Notes under the pieces: generated by a model
What the model was told of the DNA's origin: nothing
What the model saw: the letters and a program-made list of their open reading frames with translations, nothing else
Databases searched by the model: none
Origin: a virus
IMG/VR virus record: IMGVR_UViG_3300020463_000007
Span: 32,001 to 96,000 of that record
Direction: 5' to 3' (one strand)
Length of the DNA: 64,000 bases
Program-made: the position numbers and the translations under genes
Shown: positions 19,001 through 29,184 of the stretch, piece after piece
Position numbering within the stretch: position 1 is the first letter of the stretch
Layout: each line of letters starts with the position of its first letter

Positions 19001-22000
19001 GAGTCTTGTGATGTTCTTGTCACATTAAACAATGCACTATTACCGCTTGGTGATCTATTACTAGCTCCTACAGAAGTTGCACTAAATGCACCTTGTGATG
19101 CAGTACCTGATATACTTACAGAAGTTACTTCACCTCTTGCGGTTGAATCATCTGATACAACACCAGTTACTGTAATTGTTAAATCATTAGCAGGTGATAA
19201 ACCTGACAAGTCTGTGCCTAAAATTGTAAATGTCTGATTTAATCCATAATTAGAACCGCCATCACCTGGACTATCAAAGTCAATACTGTAAGTGCCTCCG
19301 GTTGAAGTTATATCTGCAATAAAGCCCGACCCTATCAATTTCGTTCCTGATTGACTAGTAAATTGTGCAGAATTAGCTGCGGTGCCAGATGGTGAAAATG
19401 ATGTTATTGCACCAGTACCAGGTTGCACACCGAGGATTTTAACTACACAATCATTAGCTGGGGTACTACCTCCTAGAATATTTCCTGGTACTGTAATTGT
19501 TTCGCCTGGTTGAAAACTATCGCCACCAACTAAATTTACCAAACCGTATGTGGTTCCATTAGTTCTAATTGTGAAACTTGCATTTTGTCCTACACCATTA
19601 CTAATTGTAAATACCTGAAAGGTTAAATTGGCTGCTCCGCCACCGCCTAAATCACTGTCTTGAACAGTAATTGTATCAAAACCCACGTTTGCCGATCCTA
19701 GTGTTTTTATAGTTGGTGAACCAACAATAGCACCAGCAGCATTAATAGTAATATCAAATGTTCCTACAACAGCTGATCCATTACTCGACGTACCACTTAT
19801 GTCAGTATATGTACCTGCTGTTCTTAACGGATCAGCTGCTGAATAATTGTAAAAAGATAAATGTCCTCCTGGTGGAGAAATAATCATTTCAGTGCTGTCG
19901 TCTGTGATGTTGAAGTCATTAATTGCATCAGGTGCAGTACCTGTTTGAGTAGTACCTGTTATTCCACCAGTACCATTTACACTAGAAACTGTTATTACAA
20001 GGTCATGTGTACCATCAACTCCATTTGTTCCAAATGTCGAACCTAGGATAATTATTCTGTCATTTACTATATAATCAGCACCAGGTGCTGTAATTGTTAC
20101 TGCTTGGAATGTATTGTTAGTAAAGTCAACAGTAAATGTTGCTCCGCCGCCTGCTCCGCCATTAGTTGTTGGTGTTAATCCATTGAATGTTGCATCACCA
20201 TCGAAAGGCGTACCTGACACTATAGATAAAGATGTAACTCCTCCTACAGCATCAACACTTTGTACTTTTAAAATTAAATCGTTAGCAGGACTCGAACCAC
20301 TTAGATTATTACCTACAATCTTAACAACATCATCTTTCTCATAATTTTGTCCCGGAGTTGTAATAGATCCTACGCTATATGCTGTACCATTAGAACTTAT
20401 TTCAACTTGTAAATTTGCTCCTGATGGAGTATAGTTATTTGCTTGTACTCCGCTATATGCTGCAGTATTTGCTGTTAAAGGCGCTGTCAACGCACTTGAT
20501 AACGTAATAACATTTGTACCTTGGTCAACTGTTTCAACATAAGTTGCAATACCATCACCTCTATCAAATGCCAAGTTTGGTACTACACCAGTTGCGTCTA
20601 TTAGTGTTATAGATTGTGCACCTATTATAGTATCTAAAGCGATATCTGGAGTTAAAAAAGAACCTCCACCAGCTGAATTATCAATTACTGCTGTTGTCTG
20701 TGAACCTACTGGTATAGAAGCATTTACCAAAGGAGCACCAATTGTTGGTGATGTGCCATCATATGGTATACGTGTTTCACCCGATGGTACTATAACTTCT
20801 GCTGTTAATGTTCCAGATGCGCCTTGTGATACGACTGTGAATCCTTGAATAGCAACTGCGGCTTGTGGGCTACCTATTGCTGCACCTGTATAAAAACCTG
20901 CTTTTCTTAATTGGGTATAATTTGTATAAAGAACTTGCCCGTTTGTACTTCCTACTTTTGCTTTAGCAAAATATGTAAAAGTAGTTGTAGTTGGTACTTG
21001 GTATATAATAAATGAACCTTCAGCTCTGGCAGCTCCTGCAATAGAGTTTTCTAGTGCCTTAATAGTTATAGGATCGCCTTCAATAAAACCGTGTGGAGAA
21101 ACTGTTGTAACTGTTATTAAACTTTGACCTACACCCGAAGTCCCTGCACTAGCATCTGTTACGACTGATTGTACATCTGTTGTTGTACCAGGAACTTCAT
21201 ATATACTAGGATAACCTCTGAGTGTGCCTATAGCTGACCATTTAGTTGGTTGTAAGCCATATTCAAAGTCAGCATCAAGCATAGCCAGTGGTGATGCATG
21301 ACGCATACGTTCAATAGCATCCGTACCAAAGTCATATGGTCTAACAGCAAGTTCTGGAGATTCCTTAAATATTTGTAAATCATCATTTGCAGTATGTGCT
21401 GACGTGTCTTTGTTAAGTATTAATGTTGATACAGCATCTGTAATTTGTAAAAATTTTGGAAAATCTGTATCTGCCGAATATTGGTCTTGTGTAATTAAAC
21501 CGCCAAGTTCGTTGTTAGAAAAATTAAATATAACTTCATTTGTAGTAGAATTTGTAATTAATAATAAATCTTGTAGCTCGCATCTACCTTGAAATTTAAT
21601 TGTACCTGCACCGGTAGGAACATGCGTAGGTAACGCAGATAAGCCTGTAGTAATTACATTTATAATTATGTTAGATAATTCTGTTATGCGAGCAGTAACT
21701 CCTGATTCAGTTGTTTTACTGTTATCAATAACTTGGCTCACTGCACTTAAACTTGTATGAGCAGAATTTGTTAAAATAAAATTGTTAATTATATTTCTTA
21801 CTTCTGTATGATAATTAATTTCTGCTTGTCTCGTACCTGAGATTTGTGCAGTGGCTCCGTCCCAAAAGAATCTTGCGTTTTTGCTTGTTTCTTGGTTTCC
21901 GCCATATCTTAAATCATGTATATATGCATCTATAATAAGTCCTACATCTTTTTGTGTTTTTGTAATATCAAAAGTATAGCCTGAAAACCCAGTAGCGCCA

Positions 22001-22149
22001 GCATTTACTTGGGCTGTTATGTATGCAGTAGCTTCTGCCTGTAGGTATGCTTTGTTGCTGTTTAGTAAACTATGTCCATTAGGATACAGATTTGCAGTCC
22101 TACTCATGCCTGGTTTAAAAACGTAATCTTTTATCTGTGTCTTTGCCAT
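16039..22149 (-). CDS. Giant virion appendage/fibre protein (2036 aa)
   Basis: G/T/S-rich; six G..Y..D...I.G..L.G..PANDL repeats; lectin-like region (WYGAG); late operon. Confidence 0.75.
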   Translation of the reverse strand: MAKTQIKDYVFKPGMSRTANLYPNGHSLLNSNKAYLQAEATAYITAQVNAGATGFSGYTFDITKTQKDVGLIIDAYIHDLRYGGNQETSKNARFFWDGATAQISGTRQAEINYHTEVRNIINNFILTNSAHTSLSAVSQVIDNSKTTESGVTARITELSNIIINVITTGLSALPTHVPTGAGTIKFQGRCELQDLLLITNSTTNEVIFNFSNNELGGLITQDQYSADTDFPKFLQITDAVSTLILNKDTSAHTANDDLQIFKESPELAVRPYDFGTDAIERMRHASPLAMLDADFEYGLQPTKWSAIGTLRGYPSIYEVPGTTTDVQSVVTDASAGTSGVGQSLITVTTVSPHGFIEGDPITIKALENSIAGAARAEGSFIIYQVPTTTTFTYFAKAKVGSTNGQVLYTNYTQLRKAGFYTGAAIGSPQAAVAIQGFTVVSQGASGTLTAEVIVPSGETRIPYDGTSPTIGAPLVNASIPVGSQTTAVIDNSAGGGSFLTPDIALDTIIGAQSITLIDATGVVPNLAFDRGDGIATYVETVDQGTNVITLSSALTAPLTANTAAYSGVQANNYTPSGANLQVEISSNGTAYSVGSITTPGQNYEKDDVVKIVGNNLSGSSPANDLILKVQSVDAVGGVTSLSIVSGTPFDGDATFNGLTPTTNGGAGGGATFTVDFTNNTFQAVTITAPGADYIVNDRIIILGSTFGTNGVDGTHDLVITVSSVNGTGGITGTTQTGTAPDAINDFNITDDSTEMIISPPGGHLSFYNYSAADPLRTAGTYTDISGTSSNGSAVVGTFDITINAAGAIVGSPTIKTLGSANVGFDTITVQDSDLGGGGAANLTFQVFTISNGVGQNASFTIRTNGTTYGLVNLVGGDSFQPGETITVPGNILGGSTPANDCVVKILGVQPGTGAITSFSPSGTAANSAQFTSQSGTKLIGSGFIADITSTGGTYSIDFDSPGDGGSNYGLNQTFTILGTDLSGLSPANDLTITVTGVVSDDSTARGEVTSVSISGTASQGAFSATSVGASNRSPSGNSALFNVTRTSQDSTGIYESISFNNGSNYVTGDKVVVPGNLLGGVTPANDLTLVSTNGNFSSFDVVSGQPAQADILNLLCTFSMTEQTSAQIAASSSISFEALATLEIDFPNAHGLVPGSSFIVTTQSDDGSNNHNLADGTFIATNIPAVDKIRYQARAAGTIDTSSSDIIAIVYPKPDSFFIHRPFDGGVQLGTGGPQHGAQAIRQSKKYIRYQSGKGIMYTTGALFAPSYDLQSVTADGVEINSLITVVTDDHDHGVQIGGIIRLLGIETEGYNSGPGHGNDYQPYEDYEVVTVTDERTFKVRAKRRLGSTTPDLGFNAQMSVVTWHGATVRAGVFDDQNGIFWEYDGVNINVVQRTGTFQLAGTVAMLADANLITGTNTKFTKQLKAGDRVIIKGMTHVVTNVTDDTNCTVTPDFRGVNDITGAKMMYVTDRKVKQQDFNIDKLDGTGKSKYNMDPAKMQMIGIQYSWYGAGFIDYMVRGADGNFVYCHRMRNSNINTEAFMRSGNLPVRYEVTNEGPPGQLSAAIDAVVTTIPLKDASFFPKSGTIYINNEIIQYDGVSGNNLQNCVRGTTFANFQAGAQRTYSAGTATSHVTNTGVVLISNTITPLISHWGSAFITDGGFDEDRGYIFSYPETNITVSTTKQTAFLLRLAPSVSNAIIGDLGERELLNRAQLLLNGIEVTSEAGDGKGIIVEGVINPQNYPINPVDVGWNGLAGLAQGGQPSFAQVASGTSVNWSTGVSSTTASATALATTTAAINSGQYIGYNNSRYIYIGAADYRTTFGDNSLDHVLGRNISGTHIPAGTVINGGYISPTGTYGYFYISQRVSGGNISQNQTDYFTITLNNAQTNSNKALFDQTSWVNAGAANGTSATGGSVTWPAGSLVSSVSLKTWGGTTYYEVIFNNAFTGTLANGSGTVEFTFEQPPFALPGETVFSFIAVPGERSTLDLKDLKEITNTPLGGRGTFPNGPDVLAINIYKIAGTDTNANILLKWGEAQA

Positions 22150-22152
22150 CTG

Positions 22153-23001
22153 TTATGTCCCAAGTGCTATAGCTAAAGCTGATACTGTTTCATCTACATA
22201 TTTTTTGTTGGTAGCTGATGTAGCAGTTGTTGGTGAGTTTGCTACTGTAGCTGATGTAAAAGCCGCTGTTGACGGTGTAGTTGCTCCTATAGTTGTGTTG
22301 TTTATTGTAGTATTATTTATTGGTCCTACTATATTTCCTGTTGTAGCATCTACCAACAAAGTAGTATCATTTGCATATACTGATCCTGTAAGATCACCAG
22401 TGATACCACCTAAGGCGTTAATAGTACCTCCAAAATTAGATTGTAATCCTACACCTAGGCCTCCGGCAACTGTTAATGCTCCAGTGTTTGCTGAATTGCT
22501 ATTATTTGTACTTTTGACAGCCACAGTTGTAAATGATCCAATTGCATCTCCTACACTAATTGTGCCTGTAATAGATCCTGATAAATTTCTATATGTAATA
22601 TTGTCTGGTGCTGTGGAACTAACTGCAAAAACTAATCTGCCTGAAGTTTTACCTAATGCAGTTGATCCTATTCCACCATCTGAATGTGTAAGTCCTGTGT
22701 GGTATTGATCCGTACCATTGTAAAAATAAAGCCCATTTGTTAAAGAAGATAAGTCAATTATATACGACTCTCCCCTAAACATTGTAATATTTGCACTCTC
22801 GCCACCGGGTGTCCAAATATATGCTGTATTTGATCCGTTTTCTGTGATTGTAAAATTTGCTGGAGTAGCTAGATCGAAAGTTTCTGATCCTTGTGTTTCT
22901 ACAAGCGATCTAGCAGTAATATTACCTAGAGCGTCAACAGTAAATCCAGTACTTTTAAATCCGTATGCTGATTCTAACGCTTTATTTGTAACTGTTGGCA
23001 T
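22153..23001 (-). CDS. Fibre/adaptor structural protein
   Basis: GALTVAGGLGV, TTIGATTP, ATNKKYVD fibre motifs; ends ALAIALGT. Confidence 0.7.
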   Translation of the reverse strand: MPTVTNKALESAYGFKSTGFTVDALGNITARSLVETQGSETFDLATPANFTITENGSNTAYIWTPGGESANITMFRGESYIIDLSSLTNGLYFYNGTDQYHTGLTHSDGGIGSTALGKTSGRLVFAVSSTAPDNITYRNLSGSITGTISVGDAIGSFTTVAVKSTNNSNSANTGALTVAGGLGVGLQSNFGGTINALGGITGDLTGSVYANDTTLLVDATTGNIVGPINNTTINNTTIGATTPSTAAFTSATVANSPTTATSATNKKYVDETVSALAIALGT

Positions 23002-23048
23002 ATTTCAATAATCCTTTTGGCTTTAACATATTTATCCATAACCTAATG

Positions 23049-23444
23049 TTAGATAACTTGAGGATTTTGATTCTGATAATACTGAGCAGTATAAATTATT
23101 TTAGATCCTTCTTTTGATGTGGTAGGATTCACTATTATATCTACATAACTTTGGTTAACTGTAGCTGAAACATCTATTAAATTTGTGCCTAGGTTGTTTC
23201 TAGCATATACTATTACACTTGCTTCGTCTAAACTAGCAGTTACTAATACCTTAATTATTTCTTTGTTATCTTTGTCATAATCAGCTGATATAGTATATTC
23301 TGCACTTGAAAAGTCAGATACATGGAATCTATCAATTAAAGTATCTGTATATGCTTGTTTCCAAGGACCGTTATAAGACACGGAGCCTGTAAGTAACACA
23401 CTATCCTTTAATCCTTTGCTGAAAAATTTATCCAATTTAAACAT
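23049..23444 (-). CDS. Small structural beta-sheet protein
   Basis: IDRF..DFSSAEY motif; own late promoter. Confidence 0.55.
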   Translation of the reverse strand: MFKLDKFFSKGLKDSVLLTGSVSYNGPWKQAYTDTLIDRFHVSDFSSAEYTISADYDKDNKEIIKVLVTASLDEASVIVYARNNLGTNLIDVSATVNQSYVDIIVNPTTSKEGSKIIYTAQYYQNQNPQVI

Positions 23445-23454
23445 TATACAATAT

Positions 23455-25287
23455 TTATTCGTTTTCTATTTTAAATAAATGATTGTATTCTGGTAGATAT
23501 AAGTATTCAATTTTACTATCTTTTAAGGTCCTTAAAGCATCATCTAGTGTTTCGACCAAAGGTTCACCTCCTAGATTAAAGCTAGTATTGAAAATTATAG
23601 GACAACCTGTTTTTTCTTTAAATGTTTTGATTAGATCATAATAATGTTTGTTTTGTTTTTCGTTCACTGTTTGTATTCTGCATGTTCCATCAACATGTAT
23701 AATAGCAGGAATTTTTTCTTCAACTCCTGGCTGACAGTTAACAGCATACATCATTGTAGGAGAACTTTCCATACCTCTCAAATCAAACCATTCATGCACA
23801 TCTTCTTCTAAGATAGTTCCTGCAAAAGGTCTGAAGTATTCTCTGCGTTTTACTTCATTTACATGATCTTTGCCTTTAGGATCTGTTGGATCATACAGTA
23901 ATGATCTATTACCTAAAGCTCTTGGACCATTTTCGCTTCTACCTTGGAATATTGCAACAATATTTTTATCTGTAATCAAATCAACTACATCTGCGTGTGT
24001 AACATTTTCTTTTACTTCTGCTTGATATGTTTTACCAATCGACTTTAATTGTTGTAATGTAAAATCGTAAGCTGGTCCTAAATAAAGATTATCGCCTGCC
24101 CTATCTTTGTCTTTTTGATAATAATACACGTTCTGTGTAAGTTCGTGATATAAAATTAAGGCTGCTCCCATAGCTGTACCAGCATCATTGCTAACAGGTT
24201 CGACATAAATGTTTAAATCTAAATCTTCTAGGTCTTTTAAGTAATGATAATTTGCAACACAATTTAAACCATAACCTCCACTTACTACAACATTTTTATT
24301 TCCTGATAGCTCAACTGCTTTTCTTATTAAATTACTAGCCTGTTGTTGTGTTTCTATTTGGCAAGCATAAGCAAGATCTCTTCTATTCTTTAAAATTGTT
24401 AAATCTACTTCGTCACCTTCTGGAGTTCCATTATCAACTGAGTCTGCACTCAGTTCATTGTAAAATTTATCATTTACTAATGCCGCATTAGGATATGTAG
24501 GAATTATTAAGTTTCTATTTGACAAGGGAACTTTGCCTTGGTCATCAAACAGAGTAGGAATATTATTGTTAGGCTTGCCGTATGGGAATAGTCCCATAGT
24601 TTTTCCTGCTTCAATTGCTGTAAAGCCACAATACTGTGTAACTGCTTCATAAACTTTTACAATACCAGCTCTATCACTGATTGTAATATCAAATTCAGTT
24701 TTATCAGCGTTTTGTGCTTTTACATAGTCTACTACGTTGGGACCTCTTGTGCCTACGTGCTTTTGTATTGTACCGAAATCAGCAGGATAATTACAATTAA
24801 AAATAGTTTCTGTTTCAAATCCAAAAGTTTGCTCTCTGCTAATTTCCATAGGAATAAAAGTTCCAGCGCCATCAATTACCACTGCTACTGCATCTGTAAA
24901 CCCGCTACGGTAAAATGCACAACCTGCGTGTAACTTATGATGTTCCATTGCAACATCTATTACTTGTGGATGAGGTTGCTTTCTGGCATGTCTATCAATA
25001 AGTCCAAGTTTTCTACATAATCCTGTGTATGCATCGTCCATAGAAAATTCTAAGGTTGGTCCTGTTTGATCTAAAGGTTGGGTATGAGCAACTACTAAGT
25101 AATCAAGTTTATCTGTGTAATCTAAAATTTTTACTATGGAAGCTAGAGGCCCGCCATCATATTTTGATCTGCTTAATCTTTCCTCTTCTATAGAAAATAC
25201 CACTTCTCCGTCTTTTAATAAACAAACACCTGCATTGTGTCCTCTTGCAATACCTGCAATCCATTTTGAATTATTTTTGTTGCTCAT
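23455..25287 (-). CDS. O-carbamoyltransferase (NodU/CmcH/TobZ family)
   Basis: HN..EEERLSR.K, HHKLHA, DGAG, AGKTMGL, SGGYGLNCVAN, DAGTAMG, ENGPRALGNRS, KRREYFRPFA, HVDGTCRIQTV, NTSFNLGGEPLVET. Confidence 0.93.
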   Translation of the reverse strand: MSNKNNSKWIAGIARGHNAGVCLLKDGEVVFSIEEERLSRSKYDGGPLASIVKILDYTDKLDYLVVAHTQPLDQTGPTLEFSMDDAYTGLCRKLGLIDRHARKQPHPQVIDVAMEHHKLHAGCAFYRSGFTDAVAVVIDGAGTFIPMEISREQTFGFETETIFNCNYPADFGTIQKHVGTRGPNVVDYVKAQNADKTEFDITISDRAGIVKVYEAVTQYCGFTAIEAGKTMGLFPYGKPNNNIPTLFDDQGKVPLSNRNLIIPTYPNAALVNDKFYNELSADSVDNGTPEGDEVDLTILKNRRDLAYACQIETQQQASNLIRKAVELSGNKNVVVSGGYGLNCVANYHYLKDLEDLDLNIYVEPVSNDAGTAMGAALILYHELTQNVYYYQKDKDRAGDNLYLGPAYDFTLQQLKSIGKTYQAEVKENVTHADVVDLITDKNIVAIFQGRSENGPRALGNRSLLYDPTDPKGKDHVNEVKRREYFRPFAGTILEEDVHEWFDLRGMESSPTMMYAVNCQPGVEEKIPAIIHVDGTCRIQTVNEKQNKHYYDLIKTFKEKTGCPIIFNTSFNLGGEPLVETLDDALRTLKDSKIEYLYLPEYNHLFKIENE

Positions 25288-26230
25288 CGTCTTCCTTCGG
25301 TTCTGGTTTACCTAAAACTCTATCAATAATATAGTTATGAATGTCTGAAGTCATTGTCATTAAATGTTCGTTGTGTCTTGATGTAGTTTCATCAGGCATG
25401 ATTCTGATTGGGTCATATACCCTTTCTTTCATTCCTAAATCAATAATGTTAAAGTAATCACAATCTGGATAAGATACGTTGATTGGATATGTTGGTCCAA
25501 GTACTACAGTTGACGGAGTGTCTACCATGTAAGATAAATGTTGTCCTACACTATCACAGCCTACAAAGTGATTTGCAAATTTAATAGCCGCTGTCCAATT
25601 TCTCAATGCAACTTGTTCTGGCATTGCTACATCATCAGTAAACTTATCTTTACTAAAGTCAAATCCCATTTCAGCCATTGTTACAACAGCAAAATCATTT
25701 TCTTGCAGTTTTCTAATTAATGCCTTAAGATCTTTAAATTCTATACTTCTGCCGGTGTTATCTACAAACGAACCATCTACATGTTGAATTGCTCTACCAA
25801 AAGGTTGTATTATTACTACTTTATCTTTTTTTAATTTTTCTTTGACTTGATTTATAATTTGTCTACCGGTTAGTATTTCTTCTTTAGAAAGAAACATTCT
25901 TGGTTTGTCTAGTTTTCTTAAACCTTTATTGTTTATTGCAATGTCATATCCTTGAGCAAGACTTGCTTGTTGATTGTAATATTCCCATATTCTATATGGT
26001 TCTGGAGATACAATATCTCTATCTTTTAATTTTTCTTGAAATAAATTTTTATGCCAATTATCATATGCACGATGGTCAAGATCTGGATGTCCTTTAAATG
26101 CATCTGTGCCGCCTTCGCATACAATAACAAAATCGTCATCATCTGATTCTTTTGCGTATAATTCGAAAGCCGGTATTGAACTTACTACTCTACCGTAGCC
26201 ACCGTTCACAAAAAAAGCCTTTGATCTCAT
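25271..26230 (-). CDS. Glycosyltransferase, GT9 (heptosyltransferase)-like
   Basis: FVGCDSVGQHL..TPSTVVLGPT matches the GT9 DS..H...V.L.GPT motif; GGYGR near N-terminus. Confidence 0.75.
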   Translation of the reverse strand: MRSKAFFVNGGYGRVVSSIPAFELYAKESDDDDFVIVCEGGTDAFKGHPDLDHRAYDNWHKNLFQEKLKDRDIVSPEPYRIWEYYNQQASLAQGYDIAINNKGLRKLDKPRMFLSKEEILTGRQIINQVKEKLKKDKVVIIQPFGRAIQHVDGSFVDNTGRSIEFKDLKALIRKLQENDFAVVTMAEMGFDFSKDKFTDDVAMPEQVALRNWTAAIKFANHFVGCDSVGQHLSYMVDTPSTVVLGPTYPINVSYPDCDYFNIIDLGMKERVYDPIRIMPDETTSRHNEHLMTMTSDIHNYIIDRVLGKPEPKEDDEQQK

Positions 26231-26270
26231 CTATAATTCCTTTTTAGGTTTGTAGTAAACATTGTACTAC

Positions 26271-26278
26271 TACTTATA
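26271..26278 (-). promoter_or_regulatory. Late promoter variant (TATAAGTA) for the GT9/carbamoyltransferase pair
   Basis: One mismatch from TATAAATA, 40 nt upstream of the GT start. Confidence 0.55.
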
Positions 26279-26316
26279 GGTTGAGACCAAAGGCTGTACT
26301 TAATTATGGTTTAGAT

Positions 26317-27003
26317 TTATTCCCAGGTAAAGCTAATTTGTTTATGTGGAATTTTCCAAGCATCAATGCTTGCATAGTTAGTCCTTACAGATTTTAACCA
26401 TGTTGCGATTGTTTGCATTTCTGTTTTTTGATCAGATGTAAACTCGTCAGCTTTATCAGTAATTGCTGCTTCGATTCTAGCTGCTTCGGCATCATAACCA
26501 TCAAACAAAGCTGATTTATCTATAGGATGAGCCAAATATGGAGGCATTGTAAATTTGCCTGTGCCTGAATTATATTTTACTGGTGTCGAACCATCATGTA
26601 TACTCTGCACAAAGTTTTGTGTATTATAGGAGTATTCATAGTTCTCATCATCACCTGGTGTTGTAAATTTGTAATCTGCTATACCACCTGTAGCATCTTT
26701 TGCTGGTATTGTATCGTCGCCAAGCAAATATGCTGCTACTTCTGGATTATCATTAGCGTCAAGTATGTGAAAAGTATGTGGACCATTCATTGTACTATCA
26801 TCATGTTTGTGATCAGGTAATTGGTTATCCAGTACATCCTTACTGTCATCACTGCTTTCTATTGTAAATAAATTTCCATCTTTGTCAACACTAAAGATGT
26901 GGTAACGTATACCTCTCCAAGTAACATCTACTGTGTTTCCGTCGGTCACAGAAGGGTTCCATGGTTCATTTGGATACGTGTATGTAAAAGTTTTTGTAAT
27001 CAT
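26317..27003 (-). CDS. Probable tail-fibre assembly chaperone
   Basis: Acidic; C-terminal helix ending WLKSVR..Y...WKIP resembles Tfa-type ends; follows fibre-tip genes. Confidence 0.5.
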   Translation of the reverse strand: MITKTFTYTYPNEPWNPSVTDGNTVDVTWRGIRYHIFSVDKDGNLFTIESSDDSKDVLDNQLPDHKHDDSTMNGPHTFHILDANDNPEVAAYLLGDDTIPAKDATGGIADYKFTTPGDDENYEYSYNTQNFVQSIHDGSTPVKYNSGTGKFTMPPYLAHPIDKSALFDGYDAEAARIEAAITDKADEFTSDQKTEMQTIATWLKSVRTNYASIDAWKIPHKQISFTWE

Positions 27004-27061
27004 ATCTGTTTCCTTAATTAAGTACCTTTCGTATTATTATTTATCATAAACCACTGTTGTA

Positions 27062-28159
27062 TTACTGATCATGACTCTCTATAGCACCTCTGTATTTAAT
27101 CCTAACAATACTGTTTCCACCGGAAAATCCATGTGTTCTAACACTACTACAAGCAAAAGTAGATGGTGCTGGCATAGCTGGTCTCCACCACGATTGGCAA
27201 CCCGTAAATTCATAACATTCGCACATTTTATTACCACTCCAACAACTTGTTGGTCTACCACCTCTTGTTGGTCCTCTATCCAATCCTTGAACAGCATGAT
27301 CCATACTTTGGAATGGAGATCCTGCGTAAGTATACATGTCGTTCCAAGTATGATTAACTTGCATTTCTGCTCCGCATGTTGCATATAACATAGGTGGTGT
27401 ATGGATAATCTGTCTGTGACAGGGCCAACAACATGGGTTACAATGTCCATAGAAATGACAAGCTATTCTGTTAACATCTCCAGGACAGCAAACAATATTT
27501 TTAAAATATGAAGTTCCTGCTCCGCCAATATATGCTTGAGGTAAACTACTTGTAGTAGGCCAGTTATTTCCTGATCCTAAGTTACATACTATTCCACAAC
27601 CCGCACCAGTAGCGTTACCGTCTAGGTCAAATCCTGGTGTAATACATGCACCATTTGATCCCAAACAGCACATCATTGAACCATCGTTAATACACATACT
27701 TCTGCCGCCATATCCGTTTTGAGCACAGATACACGCACACGTATATGTACAAGCTGGTACATTTCCTGGGCATATCGTAACACATGCAGATCCAGTGTTA
27801 CCACCACACATACAGTTGCCTCCTGAATTACAAGAACGACCTCCATAAATCCAAATATAACCATTAGCAGTCATAGGTGTTGTAATTCTCATATAGGCAC
27901 CCGGATTACCTCCTACGCCTGCACCACAACAACACAAACAAGCACTACCTCTACCGCCTGCACCCCAAATTTCTATTTCTAAGTCAACAACTTTGTTTGA
28001 ATCACAAGTAATTTGACAGCCATACCATTTTGCACAGTGAGGGTACTCATTGAAGTTTCCAGGAGTAAATCCCCAGATTCTTCCGTATTCTAAATTAGTT
28101 TCTTTGAAGCCAGTTGTTAAAAGCTCTCTTGAATTTAATAATGATTTTAATGTAGCCAT
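27062..28159 (-). CDS. Cys/Gly-rich fibre-tip/adhesin paralogue 3
   Basis: MATL..NLE.G, EIWGAGG, CCC, C.CYE..GC, GG..VRI; about 35 Cys by manual count. Confidence 0.75.
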   Translation of the reverse strand: MATLKSLLNSRELLTTGFKETNLEYGRIWGFTPGNFNEYPHCAKWYGCQITCDSNKVVDLEIEIWGAGGRGSACLCCCGAGVGGNPGAYMRITTPMTANGYIWIYGGRSCNSGGNCMCGGNTGSACVTICPGNVPACTYTCACICAQNGYGGRSMCINDGSMMCCLGSNGACITPGFDLDGNATGAGCGIVCNLGSGNNWPTTSSLPQAYIGGAGTSYFKNIVCCPGDVNRIACHFYGHCNPCCWPCHRQIIHTPPMLYATCGAEMQVNHTWNDMYTYAGSPFQSMDHAVQGLDRGPTRGGRPTSCWSGNKMCECYEFTGCQSWWRPAMPAPSTFACSSVRTHGFSGGNSIVRIKYRGAIESHDQ

Positions 28160-28175
28160 ATTTTTTTATTCCTAA

Positions 28176-29171
28176 TTAAGTCGCCTTATATAAAATTCTA
28201 ACATATCCAAGGCCTCCTCTAGAGCCAACGTCTCTAACGTCTGGACAACCCATTGCCATAGTAGCGCCTTGTCCTGGTGGTACAAAAGGCACACAACCTA
28301 TTGCTTCATAACAAGCACAAATTTTAGCTGAATTCCAACAACTACCTGTGCTTGGATGCATTGGTGAAATATTTCTTGCAACAGCGCCTTTGGCATTCAT
28401 TTGAGGTGCTCGCCAGTTTCCTGATTGTGCTTGACCTGGCATGTTTCCATCGTCCCCTGCATGCATTGATGTTGCTTGATATCCGCCTGACACGTATTGT
28501 CCATGGGGTATAGCATTTGATGCTTGTATATAATCTGTGTTTGAGCTGGTGTCGCAAGTCCATTGTCCATTACAGGAATATGTACCTGGGCAGTTGATAT
28601 CACCTCCATATGCTGTTGCTACTGCATATGTGTTTCTACATCCACATACAATTCCGCAACCAACACTTAGTCCACAGCCTTGATAAGCTGCGAAACAACA
28701 GTTCTGTAAACAACACATAGCAGATGTACTTGTTCTACATCCTGTAAATCCGCCGTTACCACCTTGAGCACACATACAACTACATGTACTAGCTGTACCT
28801 AAACATATTGACACACAAGTTGCCTCTGAACATCCTGGATAACAAAATGAAGCGTTTGGCATACATGGATGACCTGTGTTACCACAAACATATCCATTAG
28901 CAGTCATAGTTACTGTTTTCTTAGCGTATGAACCTGATTGTCCACCTACGCTGAAGTTACAACAACATTGACACCCTGTTGAACCGCCTGCTCCCCAAAT
29001 CTCAATTAGTGCAGTACCTGCACCTGGTGAATACCAAGCAAAACAATTAGTAAAACATCCAAATTGTCTTGCAGAGCAAAAAACGTAGATTTCGCCGTCT
29101 TCTAAATTACTTTCGTCAATTGGATAACTTTTTGACAGTCTTTCAGTTATTAATGTGTCTAGTGTTGCCAT
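28176..29171 (-). CDS. Cys/Gly-rich fibre-tip/adhesin paralogue 2
   Basis: Same motif order; about 33 Cys. Confidence 0.75.
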   Translation of the reverse strand: MATLDTLITERLSKSYPIDESNLEDGEIYVFCSARQFGCFTNCFAWYSPGAGTALIEIWGAGGSTGCQCCCNFSVGGQSGSYAKKTVTMTANGYVCGNTGHPCMPNASFCYPGCSEATCVSICLGTASTCSCMCAQGGNGGFTGCRTSTSAMCCLQNCCFAAYQGCGLSVGCGIVCGCRNTYAVATAYGGDINCPGTYSCNGQWTCDTSSNTDYIQASNAIPHGQYVSGGYQATSMHAGDDGNMPGQAQSGNWRAPQMNAKGAVARNISPMHPSTGSCWNSAKICACYEAIGCVPFVPPGQGATMAMGCPDVRDVGSRGGLGYVRILYKAT

Positions 29172-29184
29172 TTTCTAATCCTTA

